A stretch of 64,000 nucleotides of DNA from a virus (taxonomy: Duplodnaviria > Caudoviricetes): IMG/VR virus record IMGVR_UViG_3300023283_000076, positions 192,001 to 256,000 of that record. One strand, written 5' to 3'. Both the position numbers and the translations under genes were made by a program. The notes beneath the pieces are model-generated. The model did no database searches and was not told where the DNA came from. It was given only the letters and a program-made list of their open reading frames with translations. Shown one piece after another: positions 1 to 12,700 of this stretch. Each line of letters opens with the position of its first letter. Positions within the stretch are counted from its first letter, which is position 1.

Positions 1-1
1 A

Positions 2-3000
2 ACCGGGGTCTACAACCATCATAAGCGTTCTGTTATCGCTACCTGAAATTCCGAGCGTGGGTAGGTCTCCGCGTTGCGTGCCCCCGGCAAATACCAAATG
101 CTGGCTCTTGGAATCTGTGGCTATTGCTGGATTCGTGTTAAAGGTCATGTGACGGCCATTACCGCTTATATCATCAAGCTGCTGGGCATCTCCATTGACG
201 TCTGTTGTGATCGTGTCGTTTTCGCTTGCATCAAGCCATAGCGACGTAGTGATGTCTGCAGGGGTCCATAGGTCCTCGTATACAAACGCTGCCGCGAGCG
301 TGTCGGATTCACTTCCCTGAGTCACCGCCACGTCAACTGTTCCGGTTCCAGCCGGGGTCGTGCAAGTGATTTCTGTTTTACTGACAACCGTGATGTTGGT
401 TGCAGATACACCGCCGAAGGTAACTGTCGCGCTGTTACCGGTGTCGAAATTCTCGCCGGTGATCGTGACGCTGGTTCCGCCTGCTTCATCGCCTGTAGTC
501 GGGTTGATGCTACTTATAGACAACATTCTGGCTTCTGATTGGGCCTGTATTTGAGCTGCAGAAAGCACCTTCCGGTAAAACGCTACCAACTGCACGCTTG
601 CGTCACTTTCTTTGGTTATAGATGAATCCCTTACCGCACCGATTGCAATTTCCCCTCGTGAGGATAATCGTCCAAGACCTCCGGATAACGTCCCGGTTGC
701 AACAGAAACACCATCTACAAATACCTCGACAGCGTCTGTTGAGTCTGTGAAAGTTACGTGGACAAGGTGTGTGGTTGCATCTGCCGTTAGGCCGGTAGAA
801 GAACTGTACTGCTCCCACGATCCGTTAAAAACTTTCACTAAGATCGAACCATCTGATTCAAGTGATACTTCAGTTCCCTGATTGTTGGAGACCGTTCTAA
901 TTCCCCAATGATTTGACAGATTCCCTCCAGTGTCTCTTCGCGCAAGAAATGCGAACGTTGCATCATCGCCTTTTTTGGGCTGGTCTGCATTTGTCGCAGA
1001 TGTGGTTGAATATGTATCAGCCAACCCTGCATTGTTGTTCGTTAAGTCAACTGAATCTATTGCAAAGCCGTCTAGCGCCCCGGCAGTCCCTACGTTCGAT
1101 CCTCGATCAAGTGTGCTGACACCAGATACAGACTCGGTTACTGTCGAGCCAGCTTGATCAAAGTTCCAAAGCTGGATCGGAGAATCTGCTAGCATTACGT
1201 CAACCAAGCTATCAGAAGACTGCATACTGGTTTGTGTTGGTGATGGTGTAGGTGTTGGAGTAACACTCTCAGATATCGATGGTGTGGGTGTTGGTGTAGC
1301 ACTCTCAGATACTGATGGTGTAGGTGTTGGTGTAGGTGTAGTACTATCAGATACCGATGGTGTAGGTGTTGGAGTGGGGGTGGGGGTAACACTCTCAGAT
1401 ATCGATGGCGGGCTGTTCTTGTAGGGGTGGTCTGCTGGCAATTGGCTTTCTAGTCCATGCCGATGGTGCAGATATCCTTCAACTTTTTCACGCTCTGCGG
1501 GAGCATTTTTCAAGATCAAAACCTCGCCCATAGCGCCGTTCAGGTAATCACCAGTCGATAATCCAGTCAGCCTGCCAAGTCTTACCTGCCCTCCTGTTGT
1601 CATTTCAGCAACTGCGCCGGATGTGGTGACGTTGCTGATTTCCGTTGCGGCGTCGTAGATCCTGACAGACGTCCCGACGATTTTCCTAAGCTGCGATACG
1701 AAAAGAGGTTTTCCGGAATTGGGGAAGCTGTTAAATACCGAGCTGTCGGCACGGGTTGAATTGTTAAACGCTTGTAAAAGCTGTCTGGTGTCTCGAATAT
1801 ACCGAGCTAACCAAAAGCCAGACGAGTGCTCGCCGAAAGCTATAATCCCTTCATACTCTGCGGCAGCCCCGACCGCATCAGCACGCATAACAATAAATGC
1901 TTCGTACTCATCATTTGTGCCGTCTTCGGGGTTAATATCAGGCCCGAGGAATTCTTGGTTATTGTCGAATTGCCAAAACGCTCGCCCGTTAATATTGACC
2001 GTAGTCGGAGCGCCGTTCGAAACGAAGTCATGGTTGTTCCCAGATTTATCGAGCCAATTAAATTCGCCACCCCCGGCATCCGTTACTGTGGATGCGTCGT
2101 CGCGATCAAGCCAGATAGGAAGATTTGCGGCGGGGATGCTTGCCGGTGTCCAAACGCTTGATGCTGCTGTAAACTCAAACGCCCCCGCCAGTGTCTCGGA
2201 CTCGCCACCTTGAGTCAGAACCACGTCAACTGTTCCGGTGCCAGCCGGAGTAGTACACGTGATTTCGGTATCGCTGACCACGACGATATTGGTCGCATCG
2301 ATGCCGCCGAAGGTGACTGTAGCCGCTGTGCCTGTATCGAAATTCTCGCCCGTGATCGTAACATCGGTGCCACCTGCTTCATCACCTGTCGTCGGGTTGA
2401 TGCTACTTATAGACAACATACCGGATTGTGGTGATGTTACGTTTATATCCGATCCGATTTGAAAATATTCTTTCCCATTTTGTATTATACTAAGTTGATC
2501 TGAACTAGGATCTTCTATAGGAAAACTTATTATATTTGAAGTAGGAACAGTATCATCATATGTAAAAGTATTATCCCATTGACGTATTTTAAGTGCTTGT
2601 GCTATACGATCTATCCTACATGCAAAGGCATTTATTGTATCTCCACTTCCCGCAAACGCCAATCCAACAATCTTCTTAACTCCACCAAATTCTGCTATTA
2701 ATGCAGATCCAGAATCCCCACCATCAATTATTCCAGCGCTTCCATCAGAATGTTGATAATGTATAATATCACCAAATGGTATAGACAAATTTCCATTATC
2801 AAAACCTACGTTTATATTAACACCCAATCCCACTGCCTCTATTGTACAAGCAGGGTCAGTTCCCCACCCTTTAGGTCCTGTTGTTCGTCCCACAGAAAAC
2901 ATTTTCGGTTTGGGTGTATCTAATAAACTATCAATTTCTGTGGTAGTAGCAAATGGTAAGAATGCGGTAGATTCGGTCACTCCTGAAGGATGGTGTATTT

Positions 3001-3748
3001 TAAAAGAATCGTTTTCAGTTATATTTTGAGGATTCATTATAAGAAGTGCAGTATCTACGTAGTTCATTTGACCATCGTTATGCATTGGATGGTATCTTTT
3101 GATATCAGAAGATACATCAATGATACTATCAGCAAATCCGGTTCCACTTCTAGCTCTCGCAGATGAAGAATAGGATTGACCATCAACAGGCCAATTAAAT
3201 TCTTTTTTTGTATTATACGGATTATCACTTTCTTCACGTATGTCTCTATTTGAGGTAAACAGCAATTTATCTACTACCACATGGGCATTGGTTATTCCTA
3301 CGACTTTATCATCTATATCATCTACTGCAAAAAACCCTAATGTTCCAACACTAAATCCGGATGGATCTCCTGATGTATTAGTTTCCCAACCAAGTGGGAA
3401 TTTTATTATTTCTTGACCACCTTTCAATGGTGTTATAAGTGAAGGATTGCCTTGCAATTTAAGTATATCTGGATCGTTGGAGTTAGAGAAACATGCCATG
3501 AATTTTATTTCATTTATTTCTTTAACATCAGTTTTAAATTTCGTTCCATCTATTTCTATTTCTTCAGGTACTATTTCTGAGGGGGATAATTGATCTAACG
3601 ATTTCTTTTCTGGGACACTCACTCTTATACATATCTCTGACGTTTCCTTCCCATCCTTTTCTTTTCTAGCAATTGATATTGATCTACAGTTATAACTGTT
3701 TTCTTTAAATAATTTCTCAATTTCATGTTTTATGTTATTAATATCCAT
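2..3748 (-). CDS. Multidomain virion appendage protein, partial (runs off the left edge): prodomain + trypsin-like (S1/Nal1-like) serine protease + IPT/TIG + LamG-like + Pro/Thr linker + LamG-like + IPT/TIG + LamG-like
   Basis: Not in the ORF track because no stop falls inside the window. ATG at 3748 with GGGAG upstream. I translated the frame by hand and found it open to position 2 (1249 codons). Triad motifs: TNAHV (His codon 3281-3283), VDTAL (Asp 3053-3055), GDSGS (Ser 2711-2713). Confidence 0.88.
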   Translation of the reverse strand, partial: MDINNIKHEIEKLFKENSYNCRSISIARKEKDGKETSEICIRVSVPEKKSLDQLSPSEIVPEEIEIDGTKFKTDVKEINEIKFMACFSNSNDPDILKLQGNPSLITPLKGGQEIIKFPLGWETNTSGDPSGFSVGTLGFFAVDDIDDKVVGITNAHVVVDKLLFTSNRDIREESDNPYNTKKEFNWPVDGQSYSSSARARSGTGFADSIIDVSSDIKRYHPMHNDGQMNYVDTALLIMNPQNITENDSFKIHHPSGVTESTAFLPFATTTEIDSLLDTPKPKMFSVGRTTGPKGWGTDPACTIEAVGLGVNINVGFDNGNLSIPFGDIIHYQHSDGSAGIIDGGDSGSALIAEFGGVKKIVGLAFAGSGDTINAFACRIDRIAQALKIRQWDNTFTYDDTVPTSNIISFPIEDPSSDQLSIIQNGKEYFQIGSDINVTSPQSGMLSISSINPTTGDEAGGTDVTITGENFDTGTAATVTFGGIDATNIVVVSDTEITCTTPAGTGTVDVVLTQGGESETLAGAFEFTAASSVWTPASIPAANLPIWLDRDDASTVTDAGGGEFNWLDKSGNNHDFVSNGAPTTVNINGRAFWQFDNNQEFLGPDINPEDGTNDEYEAFIVMRADAVGAAAEYEGIIAFGEHSSGFWLARYIRDTRQLLQAFNNSTRADSSVFNSFPNSGKPLFVSQLRKIVGTSVRIYDAATEISNVTTSGAVAEMTTGGQVRLGRLTGLSTGDYLNGAMGEVLILKNAPAEREKVEGYLHHRHGLESQLPADHPYKNSPPSISESVTPTPTPTPTPSVSDSTTPTPTPTPSVSESATPTPTPSISESVTPTPTPSPTQTSMQSSDSLVDVMLADSPIQLWNFDQAGSTVTESVSGVSTLDRGSNVGTAGALDGFAIDSVDLTNNNAGLADTYSTTSATNADQPKKGDDATFAFLARRDTGGNLSNHWGIRTVSNNQGTEVSLESDGSILVKVFNGSWEQYSSSTGLTADATTHLVHVTFTDSTDAVEVFVDGVSVATGTLSGGLGRLSSRGEIAIGAVRDSSITKESDASVQLVAFYRKVLSAAQIQAQSEARMLSISSINPTTGDEAGGTSVTITGENFDTGNSATVTFGGVSATNITVVSKTEITCTTPAGTGTVDVAVTQGSESDTLAAAFVYEDLWTPADITTSLWLDASENDTITTDVNGDAQQLDDISGNGRHMTFNTNPAIATDSKSQHLVFAGGTQRGDLPTLGISGSDNRTLMMVVDPG
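279..526 (-). repeat. IPT/TIG domain copy A
   Basis: Encodes [26 protein letters not shown]...[15 protein letters not shown]. Bases 498-526 are identical to 2391-2419. Confidence 0.85.
1235..1410 (-). repeat. Short Pro/Thr/Ser linker array (about 4 units of ~36 bp)
   Basis: Encodes [11 protein letters not shown]-type units with the same DNA unit as 3803-4390. Confidence 0.85.
2171..2419 (-). repeat. IPT/TIG domain copy B
   Basis: Encodes [29 protein letters not shown]...[15 protein letters not shown]. Confidence 0.85.
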
Positions 3749-3751
3749 AAA

Positions 3752-6700
3752 TTAATTCTCCCATGTTATAAAGATAGTAGAAACGTCATTCAGATTTGAT
3801 GGCGTTGGCGTAGGTGTAGGCGTGGGAGTAGCACTCTCAGATATCGATGGTGTGGGTGTTGGAGTAACACTCTCAGATACTGACGGTGTAGGTGTTGGAG
3901 TAGCACTCTCAGATATCGATGGTGTTGGTGTAGGTGTGGCACTCTCAGATACCGACGGTGTAGGTGTTGGAGTAGCACTCTCAGATATTGATGGTGTTGG
4001 TGTGGGTGTTACACTTTCAGATACTGACGGTGTTGGCGTAGGTGTTACACTATCAGATATTGATGGTGTTGGTGTAGGTGTGGCACTCTCAGATACCGAC
4101 GGTGTAGGTGTTGGAGTAACACTCTCAGATACTGACGGTGTAGGTGTAGGTGTAGGTGTAGGTGTAGTACTATCAGATACCGATGGTGTAGGTGTTGGAG
4201 TTGCACTATCAGATGTCGATGGCGTAGGTATAGGTGTTGCACTTTCAGATATTGATGGTGTGGGTGTTGGAGTGACGCTCTCAGAAACTGACGGTGTGGG
4301 TGTAGGTGTTACACTATCAGATATTGTTGGTGTAGGAGTAGGTGTAGCACTTTCAGAAACTGACGGTGTAGGTGTAACACTCTCAGATGTTGTAAATTCA
4401 AATGCCCCCACCAGCGTATCCGCTATACCGTTCTGTGTGACCACAACGTCAACTATTCCGGTACCAGCCGGGGTCGTGCAGGTGATTTCGGTATCACTGA
4501 CTATCGTGATGTTAGTCGCAAGTACATTATCAAACCTGACTGTCGCGCTTCTGCCGGTGTCGAAATTCTCGCCCGTGATCGTAACGTCGGTTCCCCCAGC
4601 TTCATCCCCTGAAGTCGGGCTGATGCTACTTAGAGATATCACACTTGGTGTCGGTGTCGGAGTAAATCCGCTACCCTGACTAGGTGTCGGTGTCGGAGTA
4701 AATCCGCTGCTCTGAGTAGGGCTCGGCGTGGGAGTAACGCTTATAGATACTGACGGTGTAGGTGTGGGAGTAACACTTATAGATATTGACGGAGTAGGTG
4801 TGGGTGTGACACTTGTAGATACTGATGGCGTAGGCGTGGGTGTGACAGAAACCGATGGTGTTGGAGAGGGTAATATTTCACCACAGTCAATTTCTGAAGG
4901 AAACACCTGTATTATATCCTCCAGTGTTGGCGTATTTAATTCTACCCTGTTAGATACATCTACAGATACCCATGAAGTTTTAAATATATCAGGATGTTTT
5001 TGATTTAACGATACTGAACGCTCCAGTAATTCAAAGAAAATATCGTTAACTTCAACAGCAGAAAATATTTCATATATCGATTTATAAAAATCTCTTATAC
5101 CTTCTATTCTATCTAAATCAAAACTATCAATGAATTCTTCTATGTCAACTCGCTCCCACTGTCTTGAAGGATCCAGTAGTACTTCCATAGTTAATTTCAT
5201 TATCTCAGGCTTGTCCATAAGAACTCTGCCATTATATAACCCTATTCTTGATGTTGCTCCTTCTATTAAAGTATCAAATCGTATTCTGCTTTCGCTTGGA
5301 AGTGACGATTCTGTATCAAGATCAAAATCATTATTGATCACAGTTTTTTCAGTTGCAGCTTCTATAACCTTCTTCCACAATAATAAATCTATTTTTCCAG
5401 ATTGTTTTCTTCTAGTTAATTTCCATGACCAATGCTTATTACTTAATTTTAAGTCCTTTTTGTTTAATCGATCACGTAAGGTATAATCTTTAGTAAGGCG
5501 TAATATGTAATTATTATCGTCTTTAACGGTTCGATTTAATCCCTTTATAGTACATGCAGAGAATCGTGTTGGCAGGGTATTATCTTCTGGATCATATGTG
5601 CTACCGAATAAAACACCGTAACCCGTTCCTTCATTTCTAAAGCCATGTATTATGGCAAAAGGTTCTGACATTGATTTATATGCTCGTTCAGCATCAAATA
5701 AAGTTAGAGAAGTATTTTGCAGCAATTTTTCTGAGCGCATATCGGACACCCAATAAAAATAAATATATTCTTCCTCTAATGAGTTAGTATTGAATGACTT
5801 AACTTTGGTATGTGGATAAATTATTACATACTCTTCATTTTCCAGTTCTTCTTGTGTTGGTTCGTGTGGTTCCCGCACAAGAGTTAACATATCTTTTTGT
5901 TGTATGTCCCCAGATGTTATATCATTGTCTATCATTACTTCTAAGGCAGATGCATTATCATATTCTATAGATCGTAGAAATTCTCCGTTAACATATACGT
6001 TTAAAGAATCACCGGAGGAAAACATAGAAGTATCGTTTGTATTGTCATATCCTGCCACAGGAAATTTTGATACTGTTATCGTCTCTTCCTGCCATATTGG
6101 TTCTTCTGTAGTTCCAATATTTTTATATACTATTCTACGAGGATTTCCGGTAACTTTCTCTGACAGTTCTATTCGTCTATTTTCATCCTCTTCCGCTTGT
6201 TCAATGTATTCAGTTGGGGAGAGCGTTGTCTGGATCCATTTATAAAGTTTAACATCACCAAATTCTTCTAATTGTCCCCACACTAAACTTCTTTCGTCTT
6301 CTGTTAAAAAGATATCTTCATCAAAATATGGTTTATAAAATTGTCTGGACGTATCTAACCAAATAGTTCCTGTTTCTTTACTGTGCCAGTAATTTTTTTT
6401 CACCCTACTTTCATTTAAATCATTAGTGTATTTCGCCGGGTCATCGGGTCTATCTATATCAATAGGAAACTCACCAAGTGGATTATGTTGATCCAATGCG
6501 GGGTTCCATATAGGAATTTCTTTTAGCACCTTTTCTGGTTTTTTAGTTTCGATTAATCTAAGTGGGTTTTCTTCTTCATATGCATAGGTTAATGTTACGA
6601 CTTTAATATTTTCCCAATCATCAAAATCTTCATCTATAAATTCTAAAATTCTAGAGTTTATGAATCTAAAGGATATTCCTTCGGATGCATTTTTTTCTGT

Positions 6701-9700
6701 CCCATCTATTGTATATGTTACAATTGCACCATATGCTGGTTTGTTTAATTTTATTGATTTATTACCGGTTCCTCTTTGGAATTGTGTAAGCTCTGCAAGA
6801 TTTTCGGCATTTAAAATAATCTCTTGTTCTTTGGCGTCAAAGAAATATCCATTATGCGGATTCATTAACCGTATTACATCAGGTAAATTATTCCAACGCT
6901 CAACATCATTTAACCTAATAGGAATGGCGTTTCTAATTATAACCCCGCCAGTAGGTGGGGCAAATTCTAATCTTAATTCTCGTTTGATAACGTCATCTGT
7001 TTTTAACTTTATCTCTGGATATGATTTTCTTTCTGAATCTCCAAATTCACAAAGTCTATATGCCCAATATTCATCTATGTTCACGTTTTCTAATAATCTA
7101 TGACCAGTAAACGCTGTTAAGGATTTGTTTGTTCCTTTATTTTGTATAAAAGATTTCCAAAAAATAAATTGAGACTTTTCGTCTATGCCCAAATCAAACA
7201 TAAATTGATTAGGTCCTTGATATCCAACGGATTTTTTTGCCTCAATAGAAGTTTTGTCGGTCTCTATAGACTTATATGGGTCGTAATAATACCGTATATC
7301 TTCTATAGATTTTTCTATACTATCTATCAATGAATTATTGTTCAATACTAACCCACCAACACTAGGTCGACCAGTTTTTTCTGTTGGCTTTATAAATTCT
7401 AGAAATATTCTGGGGGTTGCTATACCTAAGAATGAGTCGTATATCAATTTATCTCCGGTGCTATACGGGTCAAAGTTGCATATATGGCTAACATCAATCA
7501 ATGAGGTACTTCCGCCAGCTATAACTTTATTAGTATTCTCAGTTAATGCTATTTTTGATTTGGTATCTTTTCTATATAATAATACATCTTCTAAATCTAA
7601 GTGTTTTAATTCACTGTCGTATAGCGAGTTATTTTGGAAAACATTAGAATTGTTTGTTTCTACGAATGACTCCAAAAGGCCGTTTTCATGTTCTACAGAA
7701 AATTGTATTTTATAAGGATTTAATATTCTATTGGGGAACTTTTTGTTTTTTCTGAAGACACTTATTTCTATAATACCATTTCCTGTATTGAATGGTATAT
7801 TTTTTCCATTTAATGCATCTCTTTCGGTAAATGCTAATTGAATGTTTCCACTGTTAGTGATTATTATATAATATGGTATAAAACTATTAAACGGAAAGTT
7901 AAGTTCATCTGGGACAGTACCATTCTCGCCGGCAACGTCATTAATTGAAACCTTGTCCCCTGTTCCAAATATTATATTGGTTTGTGGTTTAAATGCATTG
8001 CTGTTTCGGTCTACTTCAACTTTTATCGAAGGAGTGGCGTTTATACTGGTTAACAAGAGCTTGTTAGCCCATGAAAGATATTTTTCTAATTCTACTTGCC
8101 AACTATTTCCTCTTCCAGTTTCTTCATCAACATTATCTTGTCGTTCGTTTTCCGATAATATTCCAGTATATTCTAGATAATCATTATATCCTAAAATAAA
8201 GTCTACTAAATTTTGTAATCTTGATATTGTGATGTTTCCAGTATATTCATGTATTTTTCTAGTATCTGGTTCATAATGTCTAAATGGAATATCTGGATCC
8301 CCGCCCAATGGTTTAAAGGTTCTCGCGAGGTTACCAACCCAGAAACACCCGGCACCGGTTGAGAGATTTATTAATTCTTTATTGTCAATTGCATTAGCTT
8401 GCGTATTTGCTAGTTTAAATGTAAAATCATCTATTTTAATAAGATAATATGGTTTCTCTTTGTCTAATGCTCCCGGTAAGGTTCCATCAGTATCTAGATA
8501 TACTTCTTGACCGGTATCCCATGGAAGAGTGATTGCGTTTTGTGGTATTATTACCCCGTCCACGGTTTCAGATGATAAACCCCTATCTTCTTCTACTCTG
8601 ATAATCGTTTTTGCGTCATCGCGGGAAAATGCTACTGACTCTATAGTGAATTCACCATTAAAATTCTCTGAATTAATAATTTCTATAGTGTCCCCGATTT
8701 TAAAATATCTTGTTTGGTTTCCTTTTAAAAAGAATATATTATCAAATTCTAATGATGTTGTACCTGTGTCAGAGAAAAATCCAGTTTGTATATTAGTAAA
8801 TAACGTGTCGGAAGATACGTTTATACTCGATGTTGATGTATCAACATTTGTATTATCACTCTCTATAATGATAGAACCGGACTCGATTGAGGCTGACGCA
8901 CCTGATAGTTGCTCATTTAATGATTGTAATATTTTGTTTATTGTTGGTGGTGTTTGTGCGTTTCCAACAATAGTGACTGTAGTTGATGTTTGTCCATCCA
9001 CTTCTATAGTTGCTTGATAAGTAGATGTTAAGTTGCTTATAGTATCTAACGAAAGCGGATCACTATACGTTGCCCTCCAAAACCCTCTAGTATTAGATAT
9101 ACTCGCATCTTCTATTTTATAAGATGAAATTCCAAATTCTGAATCAGATAATTGTCTAAATTCATAATTTTGTGGATGAAATGTTTCTAATGTTTTTACT
9201 TTTTTCGGAGTTTGAGATTCTAATTCAAATACCCAATTCTTACTGTCATATATTGAATCTGAAAATCTTGAAGGAATTTTTCGTATGGATGCTTTTATTG
9301 ACGCAAATAAATTACTTATTTTTGTAGTATCTTTTAATATATCAACAGAAAAATCCTTATCTGTTATATCTATTGTATCTCCCTGAACCCGCAGTGTAGT
9401 ATCATTTATAAATGTGTTAAACAGATATGACAGTCTTGGTTCCCAATTTTTCCATATATTTCTATACAATGACGATGCGCCATCCTTTTCATTAAATCTA
9501 TTATAGTGGACTAACCACTGTTGCAGTCCGTGTGATATGTATGGAGAACCTTCACGTATTTCTCCGTGAAATGTCGTATTTTTATGTGAGAGTACCTTTT
9601 CTGTTTTTTTATCAACTAATAAACAATCTACGTATTGGAATTGATTTCCATATGCCTTATTGAAAAATTTAAGAGGATCTAGTTTATATGCTATTTTAAT

Positions 9701-12700
9701 GCGGGCGTATATATAATCTATCGAGTTTCTCCACTCCCACTCGTTATGGCCATTTTGGCCAAATAAAAAGCTTGCATTTGGAGTCTTTATAAATTCTTGT
9801 TCAGATTTATCAAATATTGGTTTGAATCTTGGATCGGATGATAATGAACCATCCCAATATGGTGGTATTATTTGATCCGGGAGCACTCCAGCAATATTAT
9901 CATTTGTTATGTTTATCGGGACGTGTGAATATGCATATGCCGCTTCATTAGAGGCCCCTGTTGATGTAGTGCCGTTTGGGAGTGTTTCTCCAGAAGGTAT
10001 TATACCAGAAAGTATATTATCCCACATTGAACGATCCCATTTTGCAACTGAAGAATCGTCTAGGTTTATATATTTTTCATCCCACCAATCAGGTTTATTT
10101 TTATAACCCTGCATTCTCCACGGCTCCATATGTGGATATGGTGTATTGAATAATTTTTCATATATGGCCTGCCAAGAGCCCCTAGATTCAGTTGGGCCCT
10201 GTCCTATTATTGGATTGTTTTCAATTAGCGTAAGTGTATAGTTCCACGTGAATGCATCCGCGCTATCAAATATATCGTTTTCCAATGCATTATTATTGCA
10301 AAAATAGTTTAAAAATTCTTTCCTTTCTAGTTCTGAGAAATTGTCCAATTCTATGACTGAGTCAATATCATATTGCCGATCTACTGTTTCTGCTATTTTT
10401 TTTGAAACTTCATATAATTTAGTTTCTATTTCTATTATGTAGTCGCCTATTATTTTTTCTAGGTCTACAAACTTCCATGATGAATCTTCTAAAGAATATA
10501 AATCAACTGTTTGTTTTACGGAATTTCCTCGTATTAAAAAGTCTCCGTCAGAGAAGTTAGATGAATCCGGGAAAGGATCATCTAATGAAGTTATTTTTTG
10601 TTGTGTATCTGTTAATGCTCTGAATGCAACTAACTTTTCTTCCAATTTTGGTTTTATAATGCTTCTATGGCCGTCATGGTGTAAAATAGCCCAATTGTCT
10701 CTTACTTTATATAATTGAGGTTCATAGAAGTTAGTTAATCGTATTACACTGGATGTTGCAATTACATTTTTTATACCAACACCAGCGAAAAACGAAGATG
10801 AATCTCCAAAAATTCTATCTAATCTAAAATCATTATTAATGTAACTGAGTATATTATCAGATGTAATATTCTCTTCTAATATTTGGGGCAGGGTATCCAT
10901 GATTCGATTCATAACAGAAAATAATATGTTTCTGTATTGTTTGCCCGCAAATTCTATAACGTCATTTATGCTTACGTTTCCAGATGTTAGTGTTGATATC
11001 AATAAATCCCAATTTTCATTATGTTCTTTTATTGTCCCGCCTATCCCTTCGTTAGGGTACTCTAATGCATGATATATGTTTTGTGGTTCTCCTATTAACA
11101 TGGGATCACTTTGGGCAAGTTCTATTGTTCTATAATGCCGGAAGATGTCTACTAGACTGGTCTCTTTTTTTAAATCGTGTTCTATGTTATAAAACCACGG
11201 ATTTGGCATATCCCAATCTGGTCCAATTTTTTGTGGAACATATTGTTCATTATTTCGACCTCTCCTCCATATAGATTTGACGATTCCATCTGTTAAATCT
11301 TTATAACATAACAATCTTCCGTTATTTTCCATTAATCCGTGTTCAAATACAAAATCACTTGCATTTCTTTTTGTTTCCAATCTTCTAAACACATAATTGT
11401 TTATTATTGCATCGTTAGATTCCTTAAACCAAAATATTGGATTTGATTTTTGCAATGCATTTCCAAAAATATCATACAATTTAAATTGAGGATATTGGTT
11501 CGTTTTAGTTTTTTTCTGTTCTACTCGACGATCATCTGATATATTATATGCATCTATACCATAGTCCGTTAAAACATCTACATCCTTTTTACCGACATCT
11601 TCTTTAAAATATTCTCCCAGTTCAACTCTTATACGATCACTTGGGCCTACTACTATGTCATTGTCTAATATTATATGTGTAGTATATTTTCCATTTACAC
11701 TTCCTTCGTTAAACCTGTCAAATATTCTTTCACCATTAATATATAATCTTAAATCGCCTTCTTGAAAATCTTCAAAGAGGCATATATTATGTAATGTGGG
11801 ATCAAATTCAATTCTTAACCCGGCATATTCGTTGGTAGGGTTAAATTCTTGGAAATTTAACCCTACTATACTTTCAAATTCTTCGCCTACTGAATTAATT
11901 GCAGTATATGAATTTGTTTTTCCTAATAGCATTGGGTTTATTTCTTTGTCTACGCTACTAGGTGTTATATTTTTTACTCCGTTGAATATCCAGTGATCAT
12001 GATTCGGATCATATATGTCACCTTTACTGGTAAGTCTAGGATGTATTAAGGCCCCTACAGGAGAATCTGATAGATTTAGAAATGAGCTAAGTACTCTAAT
12101 TTCAGTTACGTATCTCTTATTTGGTGCTGGCTGTATAAATTTTACTTCATCAACGGCATACGTTCCAGTATTATTAGAAAAACCAGAAAATACAATTATA
12201 TCACCCGGTTTAATATGTGGTTCCATATTACCATATTTTTCAGGTAATCTAAATGTATTAGGACCTACATATTCTAATACATTATCGCTATCTAATTCTA
12301 TATTAGATATTTCAAATAAGTTAGGATCTTGTTCTACTTTTATATGTGAAGCATCTACCGCAGGTGAATATTCCCAATCATATGTAAAATTAGAAAACTC
12401 AGATAATTCCAAATATGACTCGTATTCTATAATAGGCATCGCTGCTTGGCGACTTAGTGATAAAGTGCTTAATTGGTTTTTATGTGCCCAACTATTGCTT
12501 TTTTGCCAATCATTTGTATGTATATTGGATACTTTCTCGGTTGAGTTTAATAAAGTTGAAAAAGATAATCCTTTATTAACCCATTCACCTTGAATATATT
12601 GCTTTAATATATCATTAACAAGATCAAACCAAACATCGTTTTCTTCTGGTGTTTCGTTTTTTTCTAGTGTGCTATCTTTGAAGATGGTAAACTCTTGATC

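Noticed and set aside
3803-4390. 36-bp periodic array as a possible CRISPR
   Set aside because: The units are contiguous with no unique spacers, they are in-frame coding, and no cas genes are present.
279-4642. IPT repeats as DGR template/variable repeats
   Set aside because: No reverse transcriptase in the window, all copies are coding, and differences are mostly at third codon positions involving all bases rather than adenine-specific.
3822-4679. 285-aa plus-strand ORF (GVGV repeats) and the His-rich minus-strand ORFs at 1195, 3790 and 4045
   Set aside because: These are antisense or alternate-frame shadows of the PT repeat array.
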